Positions 19,218 to 28,327 of a stretch of 64,000 nt of DNA are shown here, in pieces (position 1 is the first letter of the stretch; the number at the start of each line of letters is the position of its first letter). The notes beneath the pieces were generated by a model. The model saw only the letters and a list, made by a program, of their open reading frames with translations. It had not been told where the DNA came from and searched no databases. Origin of the DNA: Leptospiraceae bacterium (GTDB lineage Bacteria > Spirochaetota > Leptospiria > Leptospirales > Leptonemataceae); contig JAVJNR010000004.1 of NCBI GenBank assembly GCA_040217195.1, positions 704,001 to 768,000 on the forward strand, given 5' to 3'. The position numbers were made by a program, and so were the translations under genes.

Positions 19218-20396
19218 CTAATGTTCCACACTGTCCCGCTGCCTGGCCGCTTTCACATGATAGTCGATAACAGAGTATAACTCTTCGCGATGCACTGGCT
19301 TGGACAGATAGTCATCCATTCCGGATTGCAGACAGATCTCTCGATCTTGTTTGAGAGCATGGGCCGTAAGAGCGATAATGGGAACATGGCTACCCTGAGT
19401 ACCGCTTTCATTGGACAAGCTTCGGATGGCAGCGGTGGCTTCAAAACCATCCATTTCTGGCATCTGCACATCCATGAGTACTACATCAAAGGTTTCTTGT
19501 TTACATGCTTCCAGAGCTTCTTTGCCGTTGGAAGCCATGCGAACTTCCCAGCCCATGGCTCGAAGATGATGCTCTACCAGGTACCGGCTATCCGGATCAT
19601 CCTCCGCGCAAAGGATTCGGATTCCCTTCGCATGCTCGCCTTTTTCCCTGGAGCCGCTTAGTTGAATATCTCCGCTCATCCTCTTTTCCACGGATTGAAC
19701 TGGAAAGATCAGTTGAAACTTGCTTCCCACCGTAGGTTCGCTTTCTACAGAAATGGTGCCACCAATCATTTCGGTCATTCTAGACACCAGAAGTAGACCC
19801 AGTCCAGCCCCATCGTAGGTTGAGCGGTAATTCTTTTCCTCGGATGGACCATCAAAAAGACTACTCAATCGGTTTTGAGGGATTCCAATTCCTGTGTCCT
19901 TAACTTCAATACATAGATGCGGCTGATTGACCTGTCCAGAGGGAGGGACAGGGGCACGGGAAACATGGATGGAAATGGCCCCTTTGTCTGTGAACTTGAT
20001 AGCATTGTCCAGAAGTTGAGACAGAATCTTCTTAAGCAGGAAGGGATCCGTTAAGCATGGATTCACGAGATCGGACTCCATAAGTACTTCAATCTCCAGG
20101 CCCTTATTTCTGGCCGAGGGCTGTCGGAATTTCACAGCCTCCAGAACAAGCTCACTAATATCAAATTCCTGGTAGTCCGGCTTCACTGCGCCGGAACGAA
20201 GCTCAAATAGGTCCAGCAATGAATCGCTGGCCTCCATAAGCTGCATGGCCGAGCGCTGAATCATCTGCATATAATGATCCTGCTCTGGCGTAGTTTCAGT
20301 AGTACCGTGTAAATCTATGGTACCCAGAATTACGTTAATCGGGTTTCGAATTGCGAAGCTGAGTTGCTGAATCAGGCGGTCCGGGAGATCAGACAT
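19218..20396 (-). CDS. Cytoplasmic hybrid HisKA-HATPase-REC protein lacking the phospho-acceptor His
   Basis: H-box reads LSFAIRNP. N box LLDNAIKFT, G1 DTGIGI, G2 GAGLGL. REC motifs AEDD, LMDVQMP, LTA, SKP. Confidence 0.88.
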   Translation of the reverse strand: MSDLPDRLIQQLSFAIRNPINVILGTIDLHGTTETTPEQDHYMQMIQRSAMQLMEASDSLLDLFELRSGAVKPDYQEFDISELVLEAVKFRQPSARNKGLEIEVLMESDLVNPCLTDPFLLKKILSQLLDNAIKFTDKGAISIHVSRAPVPPSGQVNQPHLCIEVKDTGIGIPQNRLSSLFDGPSEEKNYRSTYDGAGLGLLLVSRMTEMIGGTISVESEPTVGSKFQLIFPVQSVEKRMSGDIQLSGSREKGEHAKGIRILCAEDDPDSRYLVEHHLRAMGWEVRMASNGKEALEACKQETFDVVLMDVQMPEMDGFEATAAIRSLSNESGTQGSHVPIIALTAHALKQDREICLQSGMDDYLSKPVHREELYSVIDYHVKAARQRDSVEH

Positions 20397-20405
20397 GCCT
20401 ACAGG

Positions 20406-21371
20406 CTATACAGCGCTTTCAACTTCGTCGAATGAAGTTTGTCTTACTATATCGTAGTATTGATCAATCTGTTCAGCATTCAATTGGGTCTTTTTCATCC
20501 GATCAATGGGTCTAATCTCCCTATCACAGTAAAATTTACCGGATGCCTGTAGATCCGGCTTACAGGCCAGGTAAACGATTGTATCGGCCCCCTGCTCCGG
20601 ACTGCGCAAAAAGGGAGCTGTAATGGCTCTAAAGATCGGTAATGAATCCTTCACGGACTGTGTATCCGCCCATCCTGGATGCATGCTGTTTACTTTGATA
20701 TTTGTGTCCTTCCAGAGTTCCGCCCATTTCACTGTGAGCAAGTTTTCTCCTCTTTTGGTTTCTGCGTAGGCCATTACCCCATCAAAGGGGCGCTTTTCCC
20801 AGAGCAGATCATCAAACTGAATAGGAGCCAGATACATTCCCCCGGAAGAAACATTGATAACCCGGGCATCTGCGGCCCTATTTAATAGAAGAAAAAGGGT
20901 CTCAGTGATCAGAAAGGGGGCCCGGATATTCACTGCAAAGGTCATTTCCAGGCCATCGGCACTGGTCTGACGTTGCTCCAGAAGAACGCCTGCATTATTG
21001 ACCAGGATATCGAGCACGGAGTGCTCCTGCCTGAACCAGTTCAGGAATTCCAGCAGAGGTCCGGACTCGGAAATATCCAGCACATGCAATTCAGCGCTGC
21101 CGGCCAATCCGGCGGAAAGAAGTTCATTCAGAGCTGATCGACCCCTGTTTGCGTTGCGGCAAATCATATGAACATGGGCTCCCCGATGCATTAGAGCTTC
21201 GGTGACTGCCCTGCCAATGCCCTGGTTGGCACCGGTTACCAGGGCTCTCTTTCCCTTCAGATCCACATCTGTGTCCTTTTCATCCCAGGACATTTTTCTG
21301 AGGTGGTAGCCTGTGGCATCGTAGCCAGGAAAAACCATCCAGTCCAGGGCGCGGTCGAGGAAAGAACTCAT
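20406..21371 (-). CDS. Short-chain dehydrogenase/reductase (DHRS12-like)
   Basis: TGANQGIG, NNAG, VSSGGM, YAETK, MHPGWADT. Confidence 0.9.
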   Translation of the reverse strand: MSSFLDRALDWMVFPGYDATGYHLRKMSWDEKDTDVDLKGKRALVTGANQGIGRAVTEALMHRGAHVHMICRNANRGRSALNELLSAGLAGSAELHVLDISESGPLLEFLNWFRQEHSVLDILVNNAGVLLEQRQTSADGLEMTFAVNIRAPFLITETLFLLLNRAADARVINVSSGGMYLAPIQFDDLLWEKRPFDGVMAYAETKRGENLLTVKWAELWKDTNIKVNSMHPGWADTQSVKDSLPIFRAITAPFLRSPEQGADTIVYLACKPDLQASGKFYCDREIRPIDRMKKTQLNAEQIDQYYDIVRQTSFDEVESAV

Positions 21372-21458
21372 GAATGAAAGATAACAAGAGATGACGCAGG
21401 CGTCAGGAAAATTGCTGGCATCCATGTACCGGATGTTGAATGTAAGGTCGGGGGAATT

Positions 21459-23126
21459 ATGAACGAGAATACATTCGACTATGATTACATTGTCATCGGC
21501 TCGGGCTTCGGAGGAAGTGTATCGGCCATGCGACTGGCCCAGAAAGGCTACAAAGTAGCGGTTCTAGAAGCCGGAAAAAGATTTCATCAAAACGATTATG
21601 CAAAGACAAACTGGCGGATAGGTAAATTCCTCTGGATGCCCAAACTCTTTTGTTACGGAATTCAGAGAATTACAATGCTTCGGGATGTTCTGGTGCTTTC
21701 CGGCGCTGGCGTCGGTGGCGGAAGCCTGGTTTATGCAAATACTCTCTATGTACCGCTTCCGCAGTTTTTTCAGCATCCCACGGTTCAGCGGATGGGTGGT
21801 GAAAACGGACTAACTCCATACTACGACGTTGCAAAAAAGATGCTTGGAGTGGAAACCAATCCAAAACTCTGGGAATCTGATCAGCTATTGAAGGATACGG
21901 CTTCTGATATGGGTTTTGGAGATTCCTTTAAGCCAACGCCGGCCGGGGTATTCTTTGGCGAGCAGGGAAAGACAGTGCCGGATCCGTATTTTGGAGGCGA
22001 AGGCCCGGATCGAACTGGCTGTAATTATTGCGGCGGGTGTATGGTAGGATGTCGATTCAATGCCAAGAACACTCTGGATAAAAACTATCTATACTTCGCA
22101 GAAAAACTGGGGGCCCAGGTAATCCCGGAAACTACGGTAACTCGCATAGTTCCTCTTTCGGAAGATGGATCGGAAGGGTATGAGATTCGCACTCGCTCCA
22201 CCACCGGATTGTTCGGAGCTCCGCACAAGAAATTCAAAACAAAAGGAATTGTCCTTTCTGCAGGTGTCCTGGGATCTCTAAAACTACTGCTGAAGCATCA
22301 TCAAAAAGGATGGCTGACCGGGCTTTCTCCACGACTGGGAGATGTAGTTCGCACAAACAGTGAAGCATTAATTGGAGTTTCCTCCCTGGACAAGTCCCAT
22401 GATTTCTCCAAAGGGATTGCGATCACTTCCAGCGTATATCCGGATGCAGATACTCACATTGAACCTGTGCGGTACCCTAAAGGGTCCGATGCAATGAATT
22501 TCCTGGCTGCTCCGGTTCTGGTCGATGGAGGCGGCAAGGTGCCCCGGCAGATTCGCTTTCTGCTGGGAATTCTCAGACATCCATTCCGTGCGATTCGAAT
22601 GCTCATTCCATTTGGATTTGCAAAGAAAAGTATTATCCTTCTGGTAATGCAATCCACTGATAACTATCTAAGAATCCTGCACAAACGTCGCTGGTTCTGG
22701 CCATTTACAAAGACTCTTACCAGTCGTCAGGATCATGACAGCAAGATTCCCACGTATATCCCTATCGCCAATGAATTTGCTCGCAGAATGGCTAAACGAA
22801 TGGGCGGTGTGGCACGATCTACAATCAATGAAGTAATGCTGGATATTCCATCCACTGCTCACGTTCTGGGCGGCGCCTGCATTTCTGAATCGAAAGAAGA
22901 TGGAGTGCTGGATCTAAAAAACCAGGTGCATGGATATAAGAACTTCATCATATGCGATGGTTCCATGATTCCTGCAAATTTAGGTGTCAATCCAAGTCTT
23001 ACGATTACTGCATTGAGCGAGCGAGCCATGAGCCTGGTGCCACCGAAGGAAAAACATCATACATTCGCATTCGAAAAAAACTGGGGTGTAGAAAAGACCC
23101 TGACCAGTGCCGGTCCTGTGAAATAA
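21459..23126 (+). CDS. GMC oxidoreductase, cholesterol oxidase ChoD-like
   Basis: [67 protein letters not shown]. Confidence 0.88.
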   Translation: MNENTFDYDYIVIGSGFGGSVSAMRLAQKGYKVAVLEAGKRFHQNDYAKTNWRIGKFLWMPKLFCYGIQRITMLRDVLVLSGAGVGGGSLVYANTLYVPLPQFFQHPTVQRMGGENGLTPYYDVAKKMLGVETNPKLWESDQLLKDTASDMGFGDSFKPTPAGVFFGEQGKTVPDPYFGGEGPDRTGCNYCGGCMVGCRFNAKNTLDKNYLYFAEKLGAQVIPETTVTRIVPLSEDGSEGYEIRTRSTTGLFGAPHKKFKTKGIVLSAGVLGSLKLLLKHHQKGWLTGLSPRLGDVVRTNSEALIGVSSLDKSHDFSKGIAITSSVYPDADTHIEPVRYPKGSDAMNFLAAPVLVDGGGKVPRQIRFLLGILRHPFRAIRMLIPFGFAKKSIILLVMQSTDNYLRILHKRRWFWPFTKTLTSRQDHDSKIPTYIPIANEFARRMAKRMGGVARSTINEVMLDIPSTAHVLGGACISESKEDGVLDLKNQVHGYKNFIICDGSMIPANLGVNPSLTITALSERAMSLVPPKEKHHTFAFEKNWGVEKTLTSAGPVK

Positions 23127-23450
23127 GAGATCTGACGATCTGCGCCACCGCCTGATTTTTAATGAGGGCGGTGGCTCAGAGCCAAGAACGCTCCTTGCCA
23201 GAAGAATCGGCGCCTGCAACTCCAGTGAAGAATCAGGGCCGGCGTCGTCGTGCGATAGAACATTCTAGAATCTCTAAGGAAAGACCAGTTCAGAGTCTCA
23301 AGCGAAAGAACGATGGTATCCACTCCGACCCACCAGCAGAGGTTGTGCCTTCTGCAAAAGAGCAGAGCTAAACAAATACCCTAATAGACTTGTATGCAGA
23401 TTTCGACGATGAATTGACTTTCTGTTCAGGGATCGAGTAGACTGCTTTCC

Positions 23451-23981
23451 ATGAGAGGCATTTACCTGGCAGGACCGGATGTTTTTCTTCCGGAGGCCAT
23501 AGAGGAGTTTTCCAGGATCAAACGTTACGCATCGGAACTGGGATTCCAGGCGTTGAGCCCTTTCGACTCGGAAAAGAAACCCGATGGACTGAAAGGTCTG
23601 GAACTGGCCCGGCATATTTATCGCGAAAACATCAAGCTCATCGAAAAGTGTGATTTCATTCTTGCGAACTGCAATGCATTTCGCGGCCCCCTGGTAGATG
23701 ATGGTACTTCCTTTGAGATAGGATACGGCGCTGCACGAAATAAAACTATCTATGGCTATATCTCCGTAAGGCTGACTTTGCCGGAAATTGTGGCCACCAG
23801 GATTCCTCTGCGAAAGCATTCATCTGGCTTTGCTCAGGATGAAGATGGATTCCTGGTAAATGAAGATTTCGGAAACAGTATCAACTTGATGATGGAGTAT
23901 GCCATTGAGGAATCTGGCGGACAGCTAATAGAAGGGGATGTATTTCAGGCTCTGGATGAAATGGCGAAGGCGCATCGATAG
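23451..23981 (+). CDS. Nucleoside 2-deoxyribosyltransferase family protein
   Basis: IYLAGPDVF, DDGTSFEIGY, NLMM. Confidence 0.88.
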   Translation: MRGIYLAGPDVFLPEAIEEFSRIKRYASELGFQALSPFDSEKKPDGLKGLELARHIYRENIKLIEKCDFILANCNAFRGPLVDDGTSFEIGYGAARNKTIYGYISVRLTLPEIVATRIPLRKHSSGFAQDEDGFLVNEDFGNSINLMMEYAIEESGGQLIEGDVFQALDEMAKAHR

Positions 23982-24054
23982 TAATGTGGGCTCCATGCCC
24001 GGTGAAACAATACATAGCCATAGTGAGGTTGGATGGAGGAGGCTCTTCTGCTGA

Positions 24055-24627
24055 TCAGGGCAGGTTTTCCAGAAGAGGTAGCCACTCAGGATATGGCCAC
24101 TCCACTGGACTTTCTAATTTGAGGTTATCCAAGGAATCCATATTCGGCTGATTTTGCAGGCAAGCTATAGATCCCTCCGAGCGTCTGCAAATTAGATCCA
24201 TCTGAACAGGACGAGACTTCTCTGTTTCGAGAGACCGCAAGGAGGCCCGAAATTCATGGGTTTTAATGTCGACCTTCATATTGGAGGGAACCCCATCCTC
24301 CTGGATTTCTGCCTCGAACCTTTTCTTCAGGTTTCTAAAGTCCGAGATCAACTTTTCCCAGGCCTGGTCTGTTCCCATTCTATGTTTAAATGCTTGAAAG
24401 GAATATAGGAATCCCTTCTTACCATAATCATAGTTTACCGCGCATTCTCCGTCCGCTGAATCCATATCTAAACCAATATCTTTTGCGGTACCAAATGTTT
24501 GCTTCGCCATCGCTTCCACTTTATGGAATCTGGCCTCGCAAAGACTCTCAAAATCATTCTCCTCGGACCATAAAAATGCCGGAATTAGGAGTGCAATGGA
24601 TAGAGAAATAGCCCTGGTCATGCTCAT
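24055..24627 (-). CDS. Secreted hypothetical protein, paralogue A1
   Basis: Signal peptide, 4 Cys, C-terminal WPYPEWLPLLENLP; aligns with 24869..25441. Confidence 0.75.
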   Translation of the reverse strand: MSMTRAISLSIALLIPAFLWSEENDFESLCEARFHKVEAMAKQTFGTAKDIGLDMDSADGECAVNYDYGKKGFLYSFQAFKHRMGTDQAWEKLISDFRNLKKRFEAEIQEDGVPSNMKVDIKTHEFRASLRSLETEKSRPVQMDLICRRSEGSIACLQNQPNMDSLDNLKLESPVEWPYPEWLPLLENLP

Positions 24628-24868
24628 ATCGTTTCAGACGAGGGGCTGTGTCAAAAGTGCGGGGTGGCGCGGTTGCCAACCTTTGCTCCCGGATAAAGCG
24701 GAAACCGGAATTCGTCCAAAAGGGACCATTTCTACTTCATAATCATTAGCATCCGGGGCATGGGGCGCACCGAATAATCCCCGAATTGCAAATGAAAACT
24801 GTAAGCTCCGCACACCGTAGTCGTTTGGCCAATTCATGACGAGGACTCGAGGGAAACCAGGGCTCAAA

Positions 24869-25441
24869 CTAAAGATTTTCAATATACTCCAGCCATTTCG
24901 GATGCGGCCAGTAGAGCTCAGGATCCTCCGTAACTTCAATACCAGATTCCGGCAGGCCCCGGGCACCAATACAGGCCACCGTTGAATCCGCCCAACGACA
25001 CTTCATATTTCCAAGGAAGCCGTCCCCATCAGAGATGGAGCCGGGGGTGATCTGGCGAATCATCAGATCATTATCATTCACTACAAAGCTAATCTTTCGC
25101 TCTGGATCTTCTTGTTTCGCTTCCTCAATTTTCTGGCGAAGGACCTTTTGAATCAGCTGCCAGTACTCCCGGGCATGTTCTGCATCTGGAAAGGAAGCGA
25201 CGAAGAATATAAGACCCTTATCTTCCAGCTGAGCTCGGACTTGACAGCCTCTCAATTCGGTGAATTGTTCCGGTTGAACCTGCTCCGAAGCTCCTTCGCC
25301 GAAGGTTTCGTCCGCCAGGGCTTTTATTTTATGGAGATGCTTGAAGCAGGCCTTGCGAGGTATCGGCACTTCGAGGGTCTGCGCCCCAACGGCCACTGTA
25401 GATAGAATAAAAAAAAGGAGAAAGAATAAACTTCGCATCAT
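24869..25441 (-). CDS. Secreted hypothetical protein, paralogue A2
   Basis: GGAG RBS, signal peptide, 4 Cys, C-terminal WPHPKWLEYIENL; aligns with 24055..24627. Confidence 0.78.
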   Translation of the reverse strand: MMRSLFFLLFFILSTVAVGAQTLEVPIPRKACFKHLHKIKALADETFGEGASEQVQPEQFTELRGCQVRAQLEDKGLIFFVASFPDAEHAREYWQLIQKVLRQKIEEAKQEDPERKISFVVNDNDLMIRQITPGSISDGDGFLGNMKCRWADSTVACIGARGLPESGIEVTEDPELYWPHPKWLEYIENL

Positions 25442-25990
25442 GAATTGCTCCAGGGCAATTGCCTCATGTAAGCGGTATCATGTAAACCAAATCAAGTTAT
25501 TGGCGTAAAAATGCAAAGTATAAAAGATAATTTCTTACTATTTATATGCATCAATGTCTTCGCAAAAAGTGAACCTGAGATCCGTTTCTTTGCTTTCGAC
25601 GAGATAGTTTTTTTAAATGCGTTCCACCTCCGCTGTATTTGAAAGATGGCCACTATCTGCCGGCAGGGTCCTACTTATTCATTATTCCGCGGTTAATGAC
25701 GGACATTCTCGCTCCCGCCCTGGAGCCAGCGAATTATTGCGGATGGTCCGGAATTCGCGTAATCGCTGCCAGAATCGGTGTAGTGCTTTTCTCCGTGGCA
25801 AATGCCTACTCTCTCTTTAGCTTCTTGGCTGGCCTGAAAAAGCGATTCGGGTATAAGAAGCTGGCCTGAGGAAACGGTGAATTTAAAAAACAAATGAAAC
25901 CTACCTGGACTCTTTGCGTTTGTGTAAGGGTTGGCCAAAAGCTCGATTCCCTTCCAGCCTCCGCCCATCGCTCACGGAAGCACTCAACTA

Positions 25991-26287
25991 TTATTCCGGG
26001 GGCCGAAATCGAGCGTCCTTGATTTTCTTCTCCCAATATTCCCCGGGAAGAGCCATCCTTACGCTATGAGCCAGGTCATCCGGAGTAATGCCTTCTATGC
26101 TTCCAACCTCAAAGCCAATGTTTACGTCGGGGATATAGACATATATATTGGGACCTCCAAAGACCAGATCAACCGGAGCACAGTCTATTTGAAGATCATA
26201 AGGATAATACTCTACCAGCTTCTGCTTTAACTGATCGACATAAATCGCGTAGCTATCGTCAAACCCATCCCATTGCGAAAGCAACAT
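25991..26287 (-). CDS. Small cytoplasmic hypothetical protein, paralogue B2 (98 aa)
   Basis: Its ATG overlaps the upstream gene's stop (TAATG at 26285-26289); aligns with 26287..26580. Confidence 0.72.
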   Translation of the reverse strand: MLLSQWDGFDDSYAIYVDQLKQKLVEYYPYDLQIDCAPVDLVFGGPNIYVYIPDVNIGFEVGSIEGITPDDLAHSVRMALPGEYWEKKIKDARFRPPE

Positions 26288-26580
26288 TACCACCAGTCGT
26301 ACCCCTTGGTCAGATGTTTTCTCTGACGCTCATCTTCCAATGCGATCAGCCTCAACCGAATCTCTTTCGCAATTTCCTCCGGCTCCTTCTTCCGATGCCC
26401 CCTGATAATAAAACTTGCATTCGCAGCCGGCACCTCAACCACCAGTGATTGAATGTCTGCACCCACGGCCGGGTGCAGCTCTGCGAAAAGCTCCAGGGGC
26501 TCCTCGCCCAGAAGACTCATCTTTACAAAATCAGTGTAACGTTCCTCCGCTGGAGAAAAGCCGGTCCATTTAGTTACCAT
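26287..26580 (-). CDS. Small cytoplasmic hypothetical protein, paralogue B1 (97 aa)
   Basis: Strong AGAGGAGG RBS before ATG at 26580; aligns with 25991..26287. Confidence 0.78.
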   Translation of the reverse strand: MVTKWTGFSPAEERYTDFVKMSLLGEEPLELFAELHPAVGADIQSLVVEVPAANASFIIRGHRKKEPEEIAKEIRLRLIALEDERQRKHLTKGYDWW

Positions 26581-26939
26581 TACGAACCTCCTCTTGATAA
26601 ACAATGTACCAGGGTATACTGTCGCTAATTCTTTTTAAACATATAATGCAGCCGGATTACCCTCACCGGAGGATGATCAATACTACTCAAGCAGGGAAAG
26701 ATGGAATGCTTTTGCGATAATCCTTCGCCGACTCCATCTCAATGAACTATCTGAACAGTGGGCGCTGGTATTTGGGCAAACTCTGTGAGCTACACATCAA
26801 CGGCTGCCGCGAGTCCGGCTTTATCCAGGGTTGGCAGGCATGGATTCTTAATGCAATAGACTTTCAGAAATAGGTTATCAGTTGCCTGAGTGTTAATCCA
26901 TCATTGAATGTTTGGCACGGCTGATCGCGTTCAACTCAA

Positions 26940-28202
26940 TTACTTCTTTCGAGCAAGCATGAGCATGGATTCTTTCATTCCACTGCGAAGAATCCCATAA
27001 CTGTAAGGAAACGGAAGAGCTCCTTTGCTACTTTTCGCATATTCACTGGCCAGGGCCGGTTGCCTGAGATGATCGTAAGGGTCCAGCATACCCTTCAGAG
27101 CTACCGGTCTTGTATAGTTTCCATACAAATCAAGAATCCAGCCTTCCTCGAACATGCGATAGGGTACACCGGAATCATCCTGAAGAATAAGTCCACTTCG
27201 ATCCAGAATGCTTTGAGCCAGAGGCGCATATTTCTTGTTATGAAGTAGATACACCGCCGCTTTCATAATTGTATTTACGTTTTTCATATTTCCCAGAATC
27301 GCAGATTCAGGTTTCCCGCCGGCCGGATTCACACTTCCAGGGCCCAGAAAGATTTTGAAATAATAAAGAGTTTGCACAGTAGATTCGCGGTTTTCCCCGG
27401 AGCTCTGATTGCGAAAACGTATGCGAAGGCCTGGATGAGCGCCAGCACCGGTCACAATCTCTCCCTGCTGCGAAATGGAAACGGATTGCACAGAAAGAAC
27501 CTGTTGATCCTTTCGAGCCAGCCAGACTAGAAGCACCGGTAGAACTCCAGATAATTCAGGATTGCTCATTGTCTGAGACATTTTCCGGCTCTGGAAATAG
27601 TTCTCACCGGAGATATTCGTAATCACGGCTCGCACCGATGACAGTCCCCTGTCTGCGGAACGACTCTCCATATTACGCACTTCTGAAGGATTGCCGGGAG
27701 GTTCAGTGGCTACCAGAACGTAGAACGGAGCTCGAGGAAAGAATGTATGTGCATTTATGAAATCGGCACCGCTTAAGGGATAGAATACTGGCTGAGTACT
27801 GCGTTGCAGATAATCTTTGTCTGCTATCCATTTCTGGATCGGCTCAATGTTCTGACTTCGAATTCGGTTCCAGAGTCTATCCATGGAATTTCTATGACCT
27901 GCATCGGCTCCTTCCAGGCCAGCAATCAATCTAGCTGTTCGATTCCATACCGGGTCTTCGGCCTGGGTCTTCAGAACATCTTCTGATACCGGTAGATCTT
28001 GAGATCGGGCCCCATCAATTAAACCAGGCTTCTGGCCAGCACCACTGCACTGGGCGGCAAAGAGAAATACATATATAGAAAGAAGCAGAGAGAATAGAAA
28101 AAGAACCGATTCCCCCATTGCAAAGGCGGATTGCCCGAGTTCACGGTTGCTTCTGGTCTTAAAGGGATTGGTAGCAGTGTTCTGCAGATAGGATTGCTTC
28201 AT
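26940..28202 (-). CDS. Conserved hypothetical exported/lipoprotein; start uncertain
   Basis: Hydrophobic segment ending AAQC; conserved-looking FYPLSGADF, MKAAVYLLH, ILQDDSGVP and LPFPYSY motifs. Confidence 0.75.
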   Translation of the reverse strand: MKQSYLQNTATNPFKTRSNRELGQSAFAMGESVLFLFSLLLSIYVFLFAAQCSGAGQKPGLIDGARSQDLPVSEDVLKTQAEDPVWNRTARLIAGLEGADAGHRNSMDRLWNRIRSQNIEPIQKWIADKDYLQRSTQPVFYPLSGADFINAHTFFPRAPFYVLVATEPPGNPSEVRNMESRSADRGLSSVRAVITNISGENYFQSRKMSQTMSNPELSGVLPVLLVWLARKDQQVLSVQSVSISQQGEIVTGAGAHPGLRIRFRNQSSGENRESTVQTLYYFKIFLGPGSVNPAGGKPESAILGNMKNVNTIMKAAVYLLHNKKYAPLAQSILDRSGLILQDDSGVPYRMFEEGWILDLYGNYTRPVALKGMLDPYDHLRQPALASEYAKSSKGALPFPYSYGILRSGMKESMLMLARKK

Positions 28203-28265
28203 CTAATTTCCAATCGGCTGTCTGTGAGGCTGCCATCAACAGAAAAACGCAGGAAGACCAATGCG

Positions 28266-28293
28266 AAAAAGAGCCCCGTCTCAATGACGGGGC
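28266..28293 (-). terminator. Intrinsic terminator after creD
   Basis: gccccgtc-tcaat-gacggggc stem followed by a U-rich tract on the minus strand. Confidence 0.65.
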
Positions 28294-28327
28294 GCAAGAA
28301 GAAATACCCAGATACTAAGCAGAACGT

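Noticed and set aside
24640..24657. GAGGGGCTGTGTCAAAAG as an IS or MITE end
   Set aside because: I found no partner inverted repeat, target duplication or transposase nearby.
26645..26788. Protein-like plus-strand fragment (AAGLPSPEDDQYYSSRERW...)
   Set aside because: It is under 50 codons, with no in-frame start or RBS and no recognisable motif.
26913..26928. TGGCACG as a sigma-54 promoter
   Set aside because: The GG-to-GC spacing is 11 rather than 10, and it points into the 3' end of a convergent gene.
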